A stretch of 63,861 bases of DNA, the filler included, from Chiloscyllium plagiosum (lineage: Eukaryota): assembly GCF_004010195.1 (NCBI RefSeq). It is 3 parts of one record of this genome, joined end to end, with 100 filler letters (N's around TTAATTAATTAA, not from the genome) between each part and the next. Parts side by side here need not be neighbours in the genome. Positions count along the whole stretch, not along the records: positions 30,013 to 53,747 come from NC_057715.1; 2 more parts are not named here. The stretch is one strand, 5' to 3'. Both the position numbers and the translations under genes were made by a program. Every line of letters begins with the position of its first letter. The stretch's first letter is position 1. The notes under the pieces were generated by a model, which searched no databases, was not told the DNA's origin, and saw nothing but the letters and a program-made list of their open reading frames with translations. Of the stretch, positions 37,611-50,932 are shown in pieces.

Positions 37611-37687
37611 TCAATCATGTGACAAATCCAGTGTTAGGGTAGCTCGTAGCTCTGCGATATCAGCTGGAGTAGTTCTGCAACAGCCAC
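37611..37687 (-). CDS. Homocysteine S-methyltransferase (MmuM/HMT-like), last coding exon
   Basis: gttatag|(G)GCCRTTPADIAELRATLTLDLSHD*; GGCC zinc-binding motif. Confidence 0.93.
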
Positions 37688-38584
37688 CTATAACAGATCA
37701 GTATTTTCAATAATACTGAAGAATTGACCTCACTGCATATCTATAAATAAAGCTCAGGCATCCAATGCTTCAAGAAACATCCAGCTTAATTATATAGCTA
37801 TTTAGTCAACATGCTAGATGGTACAAAATAGTTATGCTTAGCATCATGATTGCAAAGGGTTGTATAGCATTTGAAACAGACCTAAAAATAATAGCTAAGA
37901 CAATATTACTGCTTCATATAAGGAATGCCTATTTCAGTTCATCCACAAGCATATGTATTCTCTGATGGTGTTGTTTATTAAGATTAGTAAATAATCCTCT
38001 CATCTCTGAATTTTGTAATCACAGTCAAAGCAATGATGGGAATATTGAAGCTAATTTGTAGGATCCTTACATTCAGGAAGCAGAGTTTGCTTAGTGTCCA
38101 GATCTCCAGTGCTCTCCATTGACCCCAATGAATAGTGACAAAGGAGAACAATCTGAGAGATTTGGTTAAAAATCACACAATACCAGGTTATAATCCAACA
38201 GGTTGATATGGAAGCACTAGCTCCTTCATGAGGTAGCTGTGGGACAGAATCCTGTGATGCACATTTTAGTCGGGCACCCATCTCTCAGCTCATGTTTAAT
38301 AATGAATAAGGAACAACTTCAGAATAGAACAAATGGCTCTGCATATTCATATAGCACGCATACATATGCCCAAGCATTTCAACAGTGATTTACTTTTGAG
38401 TTGACAGGAAGGTCCTTTATTTAATACTTCATTTCAAAGGTGGTATCTCTTGGGATCAGGGAGGCGTGTCCTAAGTACAATGATTCGGAGTATTCTTCAA
38501 GAGACATATCAAACAGACATTTTAAAATATATGGAATCTTTGTGGATTAAGAGAATTCCAGTAGTTTAAAAATAATCAATTCTG

Positions 38585-38951
38585 GTGCGGAGCTGCGAGG
38601 TGACCTTATAGAGGCTTATAAAATCACATGTGGCATAGATAAGGTGAATAGCAAAGGTCTTTTCCCTCAAGTAGGGGAGTTCAAAACTAGAGGGCTTAGG
38701 TTTAAGGTGAGATTTAAAAGTGACCTGAGGAGCAACCTTTTCCACACAAAGGGTGGTGCAAATATGAAATGAATTGCCAGAAGTGGTAGATGCAGGTATA
38801 GTTACAATATTTAAAAGACATTTATACAGGGGCATGAATAGGAAAGGTTTGGCGGGATGTGAGCCAAATGGGACAAGTTTTGTTTTGGGAAATCTGGTCG
38901 GCATGGGTAAGTTGGACCAAATGGTCTGTTTCTGTGCTGTATGACTCTATG
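38585..38951 (+). mobile_element. CR1 3' fragment
   Basis: RGDLIEAYKI-like sequence plus CTATGACTCTATG-type tail. Confidence 0.85.
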
Positions 38952-39669
38952 GCTATTTGCTTTCCCATGATCATCCCTAGTTACCAGCATAGTGAACTTT
39001 TAGTCCCCATTGGAAGCTGTGTTGTAAAAGGGAAGGGCAGAACTTTATTCACATTGTTATCTCTCAAGGTCCTCTAAGTCCTTACTACTTCTTAAGGTCC
39101 ACCTTTTGGCCAGGGTTTTCGTCACCATATATAATAACTCCTTATTTGGCTTGGTGCCCATTTTTGTTTGAAACACTTCTGAGAAGTATCTTGAGGCATA
39201 TTTTATATACTAAAAATGCTACATAAATGAAAATTCTTGTTGTTAAATGGTTACAGTCAACATTTAAAGGCAGATTGTTACTTAACATATGGAGTTAGCA
39301 GTTGTTACAGTCTTATATTTTAAGCTGTTCCAACGGTTATATATTCAAAAGGGTAGGTAGCAAACACAAGCATAAATAGAAGAAATAGAAACAAAATGAA
39401 GAGATTGAATAAAGCAGACACCTTATCTTTTAAAATACAGGTCTACTCTCCAGTGGAGAGCTTATGTAGTGTTGATGCACTGTTTCCTTTCAGTTTAAAG
39501 GCTGGAGAGGTATGTAGAGAGGTGGAATCGTTTGGTAATCAGTGTATGTGCTCTTATGCTTATGCCTGTAGATGAACTTTGTAAAGGAAAAGAGGTAGAT
39601 ACAAGAATATTCTATGGCAATTTGTTTAATAATGATTAGTAAAGACACAAAACATTTATTTGAATCAAA

Positions 39670-39890
39670 GTATTTCAGATGCTGAAGATCTGAAATAAAA
39701 ACCAAAGTGCTGCAGAAACTCAGCAGGTCTGGCAGCATCTTTGGAAACAGAAACAAAGTTAATGCTGAGTGCAATATAAAACCTATCCAATGGGGTTCCC
39801 ATGGAGAAGAGTAATATTTGACACAAAGTTAACTCTGTTCCTCTCCCCACAGATGCAGCCAGACCTGCTGAGTACCTCAGCCTTTTGTTT
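39670..39890. mobile_element. Degenerate palindromic Penelope-like repeat
   Basis: ACTCAGCAGGTCTGGCAGCATCT and inverted AGATGCAGCCAGACCTGCTGAGT. Confidence 0.6.
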
Positions 39891-39956
39891 GTATTTATTT
39901 GTTCTTGTTACTGCCTCTGGTTACACTCGTACAAACTCAAGTTTCTAAAAACTTAC

Positions 39957-40033
39957 CAATCCATTTAGCACCAAGCTCTTTCCATTCCAATGCAAACTTT
40001 GCAAGTTGGTTGTTGACTGGTTTTCTCTCCCAG
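39957..40033 (-). CDS. Homocysteine S-methyltransferase exon 7
   Basis: tttccag|(H)WERKPVNNQLAKFALEWKELGAKWI(G)|gtaagt; 77 nt. Confidence 0.92.
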
Positions 40034-40521
40034 CTGGAAATATAATTTATTGGAAACACAACATGAAGAAATCTATAACCTCGGCATTATACAGCACACA
40101 GAGAAAGGAATAAAAAGTTATTTTCTGTTTTAGTTTCATAGCACATCATTTATCTAAACTTCTGGCCACTGTCTCCTAAATATAAAGTTGCATGAAAATA
40201 ATCCAACAATGTGTCTTATAAAACAGAAACAATATTTTATCTTAATTAATCATAACTAAGTGAGATCAAATGCAATTGTGAATTCCTATAAATTATTTCT
40301 ATCCACTTCATTCCAGATTAATTATTGTAACACTTTTCAGGTTTAACATATTTGCAAATTTGGGTTGAATCAGATATTTTCTGAGGTTCAATGATGTTAG
40401 TCACACTCCTATGGATGGTTTGATTCCCCGTGCCTTGCAGAAATTAGCTTTCACCGTTTTACACCTACTAATGGGACATTGACTCGCTTCTGTGTAGCAT
40501 TTGCCCATGTTTTTAAAAGTG

Positions 40522-41283
40522 TGTTATGACGTTGAAGTAGTGTACTGTACCTTTCAGAGAGTGAAAGATATTTTGCAGAGAAGTTGCAGGCACTTGTCAT
40601 GTGACTGACTCGCAGTCTCAGTGCACTGGAAACTGGAAAATATGTAACATTTAGCTATAAACTAGATACCTCAATTGTTTTGACCACCATTTGAATTTAA
40701 CCAGTTTAAATTATGCCTCAGGATACTAAAACCCAATCAAATTTGAATTTTACTGTTTTGCCAACATCAAACCAATGTGACAATCCGATGCTTGAGGTAT
40801 TAAAAAAAAGCCAGCATTTTGAGAGTTAGCCAGAAACAGAGTGACAAACTGCCATCTAGAGAGACTGCTAATCAAACCACTCTCAATCAAAGTTACCTTT
40901 TTCACATGAAACGTCTTTGCAACAAAAGACCGAAGATGACCCAGGGAGATCTTCAGCCAAAAGAAGACAGATGCCGCAACGACAGCCGCTGTTTGGTTTC
41001 AAAAATTAAGTTGATGTAAATTTAATAGGGGCTTTTATTAAATCAGTATATTGTTATAGAGTTGGAGGTAGATAACAGCCCTTAAAGAGAAAGGAGGCTT
41101 AGAGTTGTAAATAGTTGTTGTTTAATGTGCACTTTTAGAGTTAAAGAATAAAATTGATATTTTTCTTTAAATAGTGGAATTTGGGGAGTTCTCTGTCACT
41201 CACACTTGAACAGATTACGAGCTGAGGTGAGCTTTTCTGTGTTTGGTTTAGTTTGCAGAAGGGTTCACTGCTGTGCTGTAACA
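40522..41283 (+). mobile_element. Solo LTR (762 bp) with perfect 4-bp TSD
   Basis: TGTTA...TAACA inverted termini; AGTG at 40518-40521 and 41284-41287; AATAAA ~41147. Confidence 0.85.
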
Positions 41284-41791
41284 AGTGAACCAAGTTAACA
41301 GGAGTTAAGGCATCAACTAAACTACTGGCAAGCTGATTTATTCAGTGATTAGAGAAACATCAAGTGAAATGAAAGTGACTTGGTTCTTCAGTTTAAGTTC
41401 TGTTTGCACACATTTGTACTGTTATCCAAGAATGGTCACAGCCACCCACCTTTACCATTGAAAATTCAGCTCCCGTTCCCAATCATTCATGGCTAATCAT
41501 ACTTGCAACTGCGCATTAATGTCCACGAATAGTAATTGATCTTTGCAATATCAGAAAGATTACTATGATTGGGAAACTAAAGGTTGAGAATCTGCATTGC
41601 ACTTAAATCAATAGTCTAACTTAAAGCTAAATGTTTTGAAGAACTATGAATTAATATTTCACACCATGTCAAGCAAATAAACAGGACTAACCTGCTGAAA
41701 GAGATTTAGAAGAATTAAAAGTTTTGCTAGTTTTAAAAATAGTCACTACTTATACAAACTGTTTCTGTAGTTGTTGAAATAAATTACATAC

Positions 41792-41997
41792 TGTGTATTA
41801 GGATTCCATGTTTCGCCACTGTTGGGATATACAATCCATCCTATTTTGGTACCCCTAGTTTTATTGGCACTCATAAGGAGTGGACTAATTATATCAGGAC
41901 AGCAGCAGTTTATTCCAACAGCCACCAACTGATCAGATTTAATTGGAAATTTCACTGCATCATCAAAGTTCTCTCCATGGGAAATACATTTCCCATC
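41792..41997 (-). CDS. Homocysteine S-methyltransferase exon 6
   Basis: atttcag|DGKCISHGENFDDAVKFPIKSDQLVAVGINCCCPDIISPLL...WIVYPNSGETWNPNT|gtatgt; GxNC and YPNSGE motifs; 206 nt. Confidence 0.95.
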
Positions 41998-43855
41998 CTG
42001 AAATATAGATTGAAATAAAGATTAGAAATGAAGGTTAAAATTACAATGCAGATTCATACTCAGTCCCAGTAATTCTCAGAATAAAACTGCAATCTGTATG
42101 TGAAATAATGAGAGATTGAAGGAGTATTTTAACTGTAGATTAGCCTGTTGATAATTGCCCAGCTTGTTTTACACATATCTTGGCACAGCCCATCTCCAGG
42201 CTGTTTAGATGGTCAGAGGGCAATCCAATGCATCCAATAGAAAGGCCTGGGAGTAGCGCAGGAAATTGTGCAGGCAGAAGCAGCCCTCATTATTCTTCTG
42301 GATCCTAAAACCAGCACTAGTGAGTCAGGCAATTGAAAACTGATCTTTCCACAATGCCTCTCTTGCCAGAGATTTTTCGACTGAGCTAAGCACCCCTGGT
42401 ATTTGTCTAGAGTGGGTCACTAGAACTGCAAATGATTTTAGGAAGTATGGGGCTAGATTTAAGCCCAATACCAATGGTTTTAAAAATAAAGTCTCCACTC
42501 AGTTACCTTGGTGTCTGCTCCAATGGGGACAGTCTGATGTCCCAGCAATAACCAGCACTCCTGCAAGATGCTCCTGCACCCACAGAACTACCAGCCACCC
42601 AATAAAGGGCTTTCCATGGAGCCAGTACTTCCTGATCCTGAGGGGGGAAATCCCAGCTCCAGCTATTGCCATAAAATGGATTGTTAATGACTATGTGGCA
42701 GCTGATGACCCCTAGGCCAGACTCAACATCAACACCTTAGGCAGAGGTTGGGGGATAGAAATCTAGTCAATGGTTATTGAGTAAGAACTTTGTTGGTTCT
42801 GCTTCTCCTCTAATTCCAGCAGATGGACAGAGTTAAAACTCCCCTTCGAGCTTTCTTTGGCTGAACTCAGATGTATTTTCGAATAAAGTTTACAATTTTT
42901 AGCCAGGCTTTCAAACAATCATTATAAAAAGTGCTTTTCTGTACGAGGAAGAATTGTTCAAAATAAATTTGCCGTGGTTTGATATAATGACAGAAAAGTC
43001 TTTATTTTCAACTGTTCTATTCTTTCTTTACAAGAGATGCAGTGTTAGAACAGACACTTTTATTTTACTGTGTAAAATATCCTAATGGCATTTAGTATTC
43101 CAAGAACATTCATAACCATAAAAAGCATTAAACACTTAAGTGCAATTTTTCTAATTATAAACCTCACAAGAGATGTCAGAGTCATTCAGCTGATCTAGTT
43201 TATTCCTCACTCATTGTCTCATCCGTGGCTCAAGCCCTGGGCTGTTTGCCTAAATGTTGACCTACAGACCATCACAGACATCACTCCTATGTGAAGAAAT
43301 ACTTTGTAACATAATTTCTGAACTTGACCTTTACCCGATTGTATCTGTGGGCTGGATATTACATGTCCTTACTAAGGCTGAAGGAGAGGGGTGAGGGCTG
43401 GATGCAAAATCAGTCAGGTGCACAGCACACTGCTAATCATCCACTTCCAAATTTACCCCGTAACAGTGAAGGGGGGGGGAGGGGAGCTGTTTTGTTAAAA
43501 ACTCAAGTTACCCTCACACTTTAAAAGGAGCTGGTTGCCTGTTTTTTTCCCTCTTTGCTCTTAACACAGCCAGAAGCATGGGGGAGGTGTGCTATTTCTG
43601 GAGAGTGGCCTTTTCTCATCGAAGGCACCCAAGAAGATAATACATCTCCTCCCTATCAACACAAACAACAAATCTGAACCTCCCTAGCCTCCTCCATATG
43701 GTAGGCAAACATCCTGCCCAATAACCCCTTGACTTATCTCTCTCTGGGATCCATGGCTGTTTTACTTGTGAGCGTGCCTACGATCAAGGCAGCATCCATT
43801 CCTGAACCCTTGTCCAATATGCCAAATTCTTCGGGTTCAGACTATACCTCAGTAC

Positions 43856-44017
43856 CTTGGCAGAAAATGACAACCAAGCTTTAGCGTTAGGAAATTCCCT
43901 AAGAAGTTCCACCAGAGCTTCTCCTTCTTTCTGACTGGGAATTGTTTCCATAGCAATGAGATCCACTCCTGCAGTTATCAAAGACTGCATCTGAGGTCGA
44001 TGCCAAGCCTTTAGTTC
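43856..44017 (-). CDS. Homocysteine S-methyltransferase exon 5
   Basis: gttacag|ELKAWHRPQMQSLITAGVDLIAMETIPSQKEGEALVELLREFPNAKAWLSFSAK|gtactg; 162 nt. Confidence 0.95.
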
Positions 44018-44559
44018 CTGTAACAAGCAACAAAAGATTGGATTCATTTATGAAATGATTTTAAAATTCTCCATGTGAACACTAAGCATGTGTGAAATTT
44101 GAAAATTATATACAACTTTAACTGAATTTCACTTTTTAGAAGATATTTTCTATTACACCACCATACAACTAGTCTATACTTTTCCAAGGAAGTAAAATCA
44201 GGCAAAGATATTGACTAGATTTCCATTCTTTCTGTTGCTGATCTAAATATTTACCTTTCCAGAACTAAGCTTTACAAATGTTTTAAAAAAGAAAATACAA
44301 TATTTTTATCATAATAATAGTTTAGTCTCCCAAAATTTTAAATGTTAGGACAACAAATACAATGATTCAATCCTTTAAGGAATGAAAGAGACTAGTTACA
44401 CAAGTATCAGTTTGGCATCCATGTCTCTTTCTGGCCAAGAACTCTCATATTTAAGACATTTGAATCAAGTGTTGGCAACCAGCATTCATAGAATCTGGAG
44501 TCGGCCATTTGACCCATTGAGCCTGCTCCATCATTCATAACTGATCATTTAACAACCAG

Positions 44560-44780
44560 TTTTCATGCAGCTGGTTAGATGGCTGGCTTGTATGCAGACT
44601 GACGCCAATTGCATGCGTTAATTCCTGCACTGAGCTGAGGTGACCATGAAGGACTTTCCTTCTCAACCTTTCCCCTTGCCTGTGGCATGGTGACCCTCAG
44701 GTTAAGCCACCACCAGTTGTCTCTCTAATGAGAAAGCAGCCCTATGGTCTGGTAGGATATGGTGACTTTACATTTTACCA
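44560..44780 (+). mobile_element. Probable tRNA-derived SINE of a second family
   Basis: Degenerate tRNA-like head, body GTGACCCTCAGGTTAAGCCACCACCAG, tail CTTTACATTTTAC. Confidence 0.5.
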
Positions 44781-45199
44781 TTATACTGCTGTTCGATATT
44801 TCCTATCAATGTGGTCAAGTTCACATTTTCCCACATCAGTTTTTGCATTATACATTCATCACGCTATACTTTTATGCAAATTTGGTTGTGACTCAAATGC
44901 TGAGCTCATGCTTTTCAAATTAGCCCCTACCTGTATGTACTCCCTATGCAGAACCTCTTTTGTAGTCCCATTTGGCATAGGCAGGAACTTCAGGTTTCAT
45001 TTCCACATGCACTTTCCCAAGTTGTTATAATTCACAACCTTTAGTCCAGTACAATAATCATTATATGTGTCTTTTTTGTCAAACTTAAACATCTAAAGAT
45101 ACAACATATGAATATATCAAAGAGTACCCTGTACAGATACAGATAATTGAATACCTTATCAGTCATTCATATAAGATCATACAAGATTTGAGCCAATAC

Positions 45200-45303
45200 C
45201 TCTTTAGTCATCGAATCAACATAATTTCCTGAGTATTCAGAACGATCATGCAGAAAAACTCCATAAGGCCCAATGGAACCTGCAATGAGAGGTTTTCTCC
45301 TCT
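45200..45303 (-). CDS. Homocysteine S-methyltransferase exon 4
   Basis: ttctgag|(E)RRKPLIAGSIGPYGVFLHDRSEYSGNYVDSMTKE|gtattg; acceptor inferred from phase. Confidence 0.88.
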
Positions 45304-45924
45304 CTCAGAATCACAAAATATTTTAATCAAATTATTAAGTTAACATGAAGACCTAAAATTAATTATATAGATAAAAATACTTGCAGAAAGGGCTAACAAA
45401 TCTACCTTGTGAAGAACTTAGCTATTCTTATCAGTAAATTCCTGGGCTCAACCCCCATCTTGAGATGTTAATTATGCACAGTTTATTGGCAAGGGTACCA
45501 CACTTAAGCATTGTGGAGAAACAACCTTTATTCCCAATCATTGTCATTACTATATGACCCTTGCTAAAGTGGGCATGTATGTGCTGAGTTACAACAAGAT
45601 CAGGCTTGGCTGTGTTGCTTTGCATAATCAAATAGCCTGCTGACAGTCACCGTTAAAACACACACCTAAGTTGGAATCACTTTACCAAAGCACTGAAAGG
45701 AACATTCTTTACACAATACTTCTGTATGTATCAGTGCTTTCAAAAAAGAATGAGAAAATACTGGAAAAAGTAAACAAGTACAAAATAAAACTTGGAAATA
45801 TCTACTGGATATAAGACAAATCCACTAAATTGCATCATATTAATTCTTTCTGTAATATTACAAAACTTGTTCAGAGTGATGATCTCCTCACTCCACTGTT
45901 TTTGATAGCTGTCAAAAATATATG

Positions 45925-46620
45925 CACAGAAAGAGGCCATTCTGCCTATTACATTCATACAAGCTCTCTGCAACAGCAAGCAACTTATATTGTTCATCTA
46001 ACTTTTCCACATAATCCACCAAACCTTTCTTCATTGGATTATGATCCAACTTTCTTTTGAAAGCCGTAATAGAATCTGCCACCACATTCCCAGATAGTGC
46101 TTTGCAGATCCTAACCACTCATTATGAAAAAAAGGCTTTGTTTCATGCTGCCATTGCTTCTTTTGATAATCATGTTGAATTGGTCTCAGCTGGTTGCCAG
46201 TTCTCTGACCAATGGGAGCAGTCTTGCCCTATATCCTCTGCACAGGCCCTCCATGAATTTTAAATAGGTCTACAAAATCTCTTTCCATACGTCTCTTCTC
46301 CAAGAACAACAGCTCTAGTTTCTCGGTTCCTCGTCTCTGGACCCATTCTCCGGAGTCTTTACAACACTTCTAATGCATTTTTATCTCCAAGTCTTGGCCC
46401 AGAGAAATAGAGGCAATACTCCAGTCAAGGGCAAATTCTGTGTTTGCTATAAACTTATCATAACTTCCTCATTTATGCTCTAAGTCCCTCTTTAGAAAAC
46501 CCAGGATCCCATTTGTTTTATTAACCATTCCTTCAGCTCCATTGCAATCTGCAATGAAAAATGCACTAAGTCTGCAGATGCCTTCACTCCAGCATCCCCT
46601 TTAGAACACTTGTCATTTAC
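45925..46620 (-). mobile_element. Degenerate CR1 3' fragment
   Basis: CR1 tail (GAGGCCATTC..CC) and VVRI-like remnant. Confidence 0.65.
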
Positions 46621-46919
46621 AGCTGTTGGGAACAGGAATTGTTTTCAAATTTGTAATACATCGGGTCTGTGCCAACAACTTGACAAAAATTACATATTAA
46701 AATTACACACTAACATTGGTCATTAAAATATGAAGAATTTACAAACTCAAAGCAATAATTCAAAGCATCATGTCATAGACTGGGAAGTATAGATTTACAT
46801 TTTGCTTCTCAATTTATTTTTAAAAATACTTGCAAGGCTTCAATATGGGTGAAGACCAAGTCTGAAAGCAAATCTGAACGTTGTTAAAAATACAATGCCA
46901 ACCAAAGCTGCAAACGTAC

Positions 46920-47092
46920 CGGAATTTCTGGATTCTGAGAGAAACTCAGCAACAGCCTCTTTGGCGAGATATACACCTGACTGTAAAAGCTGAGCTGCCT
47001 CCTCGGATTTTAAATCAAGATACTTAACAAATCCTGCCAGAGTTGCCTGGTATGTGGCTGTGGTAATAACATCGGCACCACTAGAAAGGTAC
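46920..47092 (-). CDS. Homocysteine S-methyltransferase exon 3
   Basis: cttctag|(R)YLSSGADVITTATYQATLAGFVKYLDLKSEEAAQLLQSGVYLAKEAVAEFLSESRNS|gtacgt; 173 nt. Confidence 0.95.
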
Positions 47093-47489
47093 CTAGAAGT
47101 GAAACAATAATTCTGAAAACTATTTTGAAGTACAAAGATACTAATTGAATAATATAAGTCTATATGCAATGCCATATTAACTTCACAATATGATGGATTT
47201 TTCATTAGAAATGCCCAAGGTTAGGAAGGTGATATTTGCTTGGAGGTGCAGTGCAGGATTAGAATGAATTTGTTGTAATGGTGTTTACTAAAAAAGGGTA
47301 TACATTCAAAATATTGATAGAAATGGGGGTAGCACTGGATACATAAAGGATAGGGTGGAAGTTGGTAGCCATCCTTTCCATTTCATGCTGCCTATGCTTT
47401 AAGTAGGTAAGTACCTGACCCACATGCTGTGCATTCCTGTATACCAAAAGAGGTGGATACAACAGAAAGGCCTCCCATAATTTTCTAAT

Positions 47490-47970
47490 CACAGATTGCA
47501 GAACCACTGAACTGTTACAGCACAGAGGCCATTCAGCCCACTGTGCCTGCACCAGCTCTTCACACAAGCATCATTGCCTTGTGCCAATCTCCTGCTTTTC
47601 CACCCAAATCCTTGCACACTATTTCTATTCAAGTAATCATCCAATGTTATCTTGAATGCCTCAATTGAATCTGCCTAAATTACATTCCCAGGCACTTCAT
47701 TCCATATCTTAACGACTTGTTATGTAAAGAAATGTTTTCTCACATCAGCCTTGCTTCATTTGCACAACATTTTGACACAATGCCCTCTCATTCTTTTTGC
47801 TTTTATTAGTGGAAACAGCTTTTCCCCATCTGCTCGGTCCAGTCTGTGCATGAACTTGAAAACCTGTCTGATCTCCCCTCGGGTTTCTTCTTTCCAAGGA
47901 GAACAGTCCAACCTTCTTGGAACCATTCTTGTAAATTGTCTCAACGCTCTCTCCAATGCTTCTTGCCTAA
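47490..47970 (-). mobile_element. CR1 3' fragment
   Basis: ALERALRQFTRMVP...LDRADGEKLFPL. Confidence 0.8.
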
Positions 47971-49496
47971 ATATGGGGGTGGTGTTAGCTATGCTTCCTG
48001 AAGTCAACCCTATCTAGGATCCCAGTTCATTTGCACATAGGTCAAATTCAAGATTATTTATTTATCAACAACAATATAGTTCAGCTAGATCTAAAATAGC
48101 ACTTTATATACCAGACAGAAAAGTGAATTTTACATTATTAAAAAGTCTCTGCATCTCTCAAGTTCATAACAATTCCAATTGAGACATTTTTCCAATTCAG
48201 CCACTATCTACGCAGTGGCTCTTCCAAGTCAGATTGTCAATTTTGTGCCAAGCAATGTTGAACTTGGACAATTTTGACAATCGTGGGACCACTGGATTAA
48301 AGTAGGTCCACAATCACTTCAGTCAACAAACCTAGGGTCCCAGTTTGCTAGCATTTCACCTATATTCCTCTAATCCTCCCTATTCATGTACCCATCCAGA
48401 TGCCTTTTAAACCTTGTTATTGTACCAGCCTCCACCACTTCCTTTGGCTGCTCATTCCATACACGCACCATCCTCTGCGTGAAAAAGCTGTCCATTAGGT
48501 CCCTTTTAAGTCTTTCCCCTCAGCTTTAACCTATGCCTTCTAGTTTTGGACTCCCCTGCCCTGGAGAAAAGACTTTAGCTATTCACCCTATCCATGCCCG
48601 TCGTGATTTTATAAACCTTTATATTCTATCATTCTATATAAATGCATGTACTTTCTTGCTGAGTTATACAAAATAAAGTCCCAGGATAGGTGCTGAGTGA
48701 TTTAAGTCAACTGTGATATAAATGCAGCCTGCCAACATTCACTGTCTGGGTAGAAATGTCTGGCAGCAGCACATAAATAATAGCACCTGGGTGGGGATGC
48801 TGAATGTTTACATGCATCTACAGAGGCAGGGTCCACCACTGGTCAGCTCCTCCAGAAAAAGGAAAAAAAATCTCCATCAAGGATTTAAGGTCTTCTCAGA
48901 CTGGCTGACATCAGAACAAGCAGAAATTTAAGAGTAGGAGAACATTTATCACAGTAAATTAAAATATTTGTGGAAAGATGTTGGCTAAAGGGATTGCAAT
49001 GAAAACAGAACATTAGTTAGGCAGGAGGATATTACAGGACATCAATAGTAACATGAATAGCAGCCATCACTTATGCACTATACAACCAAGGCAAAAGCAA
49101 TTTGAAAGCCATTAAGACTACAACTTAACTTAATGGAAATATAATATAATTAATGGATCTTAATCAAAGAAACTCTCTGCACACCAGTTCTCCAGAAATC
49201 CTTTTTGGACACAGGAATGCTCACTGAGCTAAAAACTTGACCACAGCCAAATACAGTACTGCTGCTCGGATGCTGCCTGAACTGCTGTGCTCTTTCAGCA
49301 CCACTAATCCAGAATCTGGTTTCCAGCATCTGCAGTCAAATACATACTGCCAATGCAGATTCAGGAACTGCTGCTGAAACTCACCTACCTCCACAGGTTC
49401 TGACAGCTCTGCTAAGAGTTTCCAACTTGATCCACTTTTGTTTGATATTCCCAGAATCTGCTTTTTTTGTGGATAATGACACCTCATGTTTAACAT

Positions 49497-50144
49497 ACTC
49501 CTATCCACTCATGTAGAACAGACTCAGCTAACCAACTCCTATCCACTCGCACACAATAGACTGAGCTAACCAACTCCTATCCACTCGTGCACAATAGACT
49601 GAGCTAACCAACTCCTATCCACTCGTACACAATAGACTGAGCTAAACAACTCCTATCCACTCGTGTACAATAGATTGAGCTAAACAACTCCTATCCACTC
49701 GTGCACAATAGACTGAGCTAACCAACTCCTATACACTCGTGCACAATAGACTGAGCTAACCAACTCCTATCCACTCGCGTACAATAGACTGAGCTAACCA
49801 ACTCCTATCCACTCGCGTACAATAGACTGAGCTAACCAACTCCTATCCACTCGCGCATAATAGACTGAGCTAAACAACTCCTATCCACTCATGTACAGAC
49901 TGAGCTAACCAACTCCTATCCACTCGCGTACAATAGACTGAGCTAACCAACTCCTATCCACTCGCGTACGATAGACTGAGCTAACCAACTCCTATCCACT
50001 CACGTACAATAGACTGAGCTAACCAACTCCTATCCACTCGTGTACAATAGACTGAGCTAACCAACTCCTATCCACTCGTGCACAATAGACTGAGCTAACC
50101 AACTCCTATCCACTCATGCACAATAGACTGAGCTAACCAACTCC
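49497..50144 (+). repeat. 38-bp minisatellite, ~17 copies (ACTCCTATCCACTCGTGCACAATAGACTGAGCTAACCA)
   Basis: Mostly 38-bp period; variation mainly at CpG-containing positions. Confidence 0.95.
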
Positions 50145-50932
50145 ACAATCACCGTATCAAATTGAAGCTCCAAATCCTGCCACATCCAGCTGTGGAAACA
50201 ACTAACTCGAAGAGGAGATGCCGCTATAATTATCCCTATTCTCAATGACAGAGGGGAGCAGCACAACAGCACAAATGGCATTTGCAACACCTTCAGCCTG
50301 AACATCCTGTTTACTTCACCATAGAAACAGCTGAAGACATTGGTTACTGTAAAATCTATGGGCCCTGGCATTGTCCAAACTGTAGTACAGAGGACTTGCT
50401 GCATTCCTAACCAAGATGTTGCAATACAACCATAACACTGGCATCTCCACAATAATTGGAAAAATTGTTCTGTTCATGAAAACAGGACAAATCCAATTCA
50501 AATAACCAGCACCCGATCAATGGATCCTTTAATAATTGATGCAAACTATTAAAGAGTCTTTGCAAGTATCATTAAAAACAACTGCAGATTCCAGAGACAT
50601 TTAAAAGAAATTACAGATTTCCCTTACTGTGCTGCTTCAAAGGTTGCCACACGTTTGCATGTAAAAGAAGTAGTGAGGGTAAGTGTGCTATTTTGCAAAA
50701 ATGAAAATTTGATAAAATAAACACATTGAGTGGTGACATGGCAGTTAAGTAGAGAAGCCTAATGCACATGTAACAAATACCTCACAAAATATAAAATGTG
50801 TGTAGACATCTGCTGATGTCAGGTCCTTTCCAAGTTCACAACTCCAACAATGCAACAATTAAGCTACATTTCTAACATTGAACTAAAGAACAAAATATTC
50901 AAAAAAGTAAAAACAAAAATAGCTACTATTAC

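Noticed and set aside
49497..50144. CRISPR-like appearance of the 38-bp array (also the 27- and 29-bp arrays)
   Set aside because: Units are contiguous with no unique spacers, there are no cas genes, and the context is vertebrate
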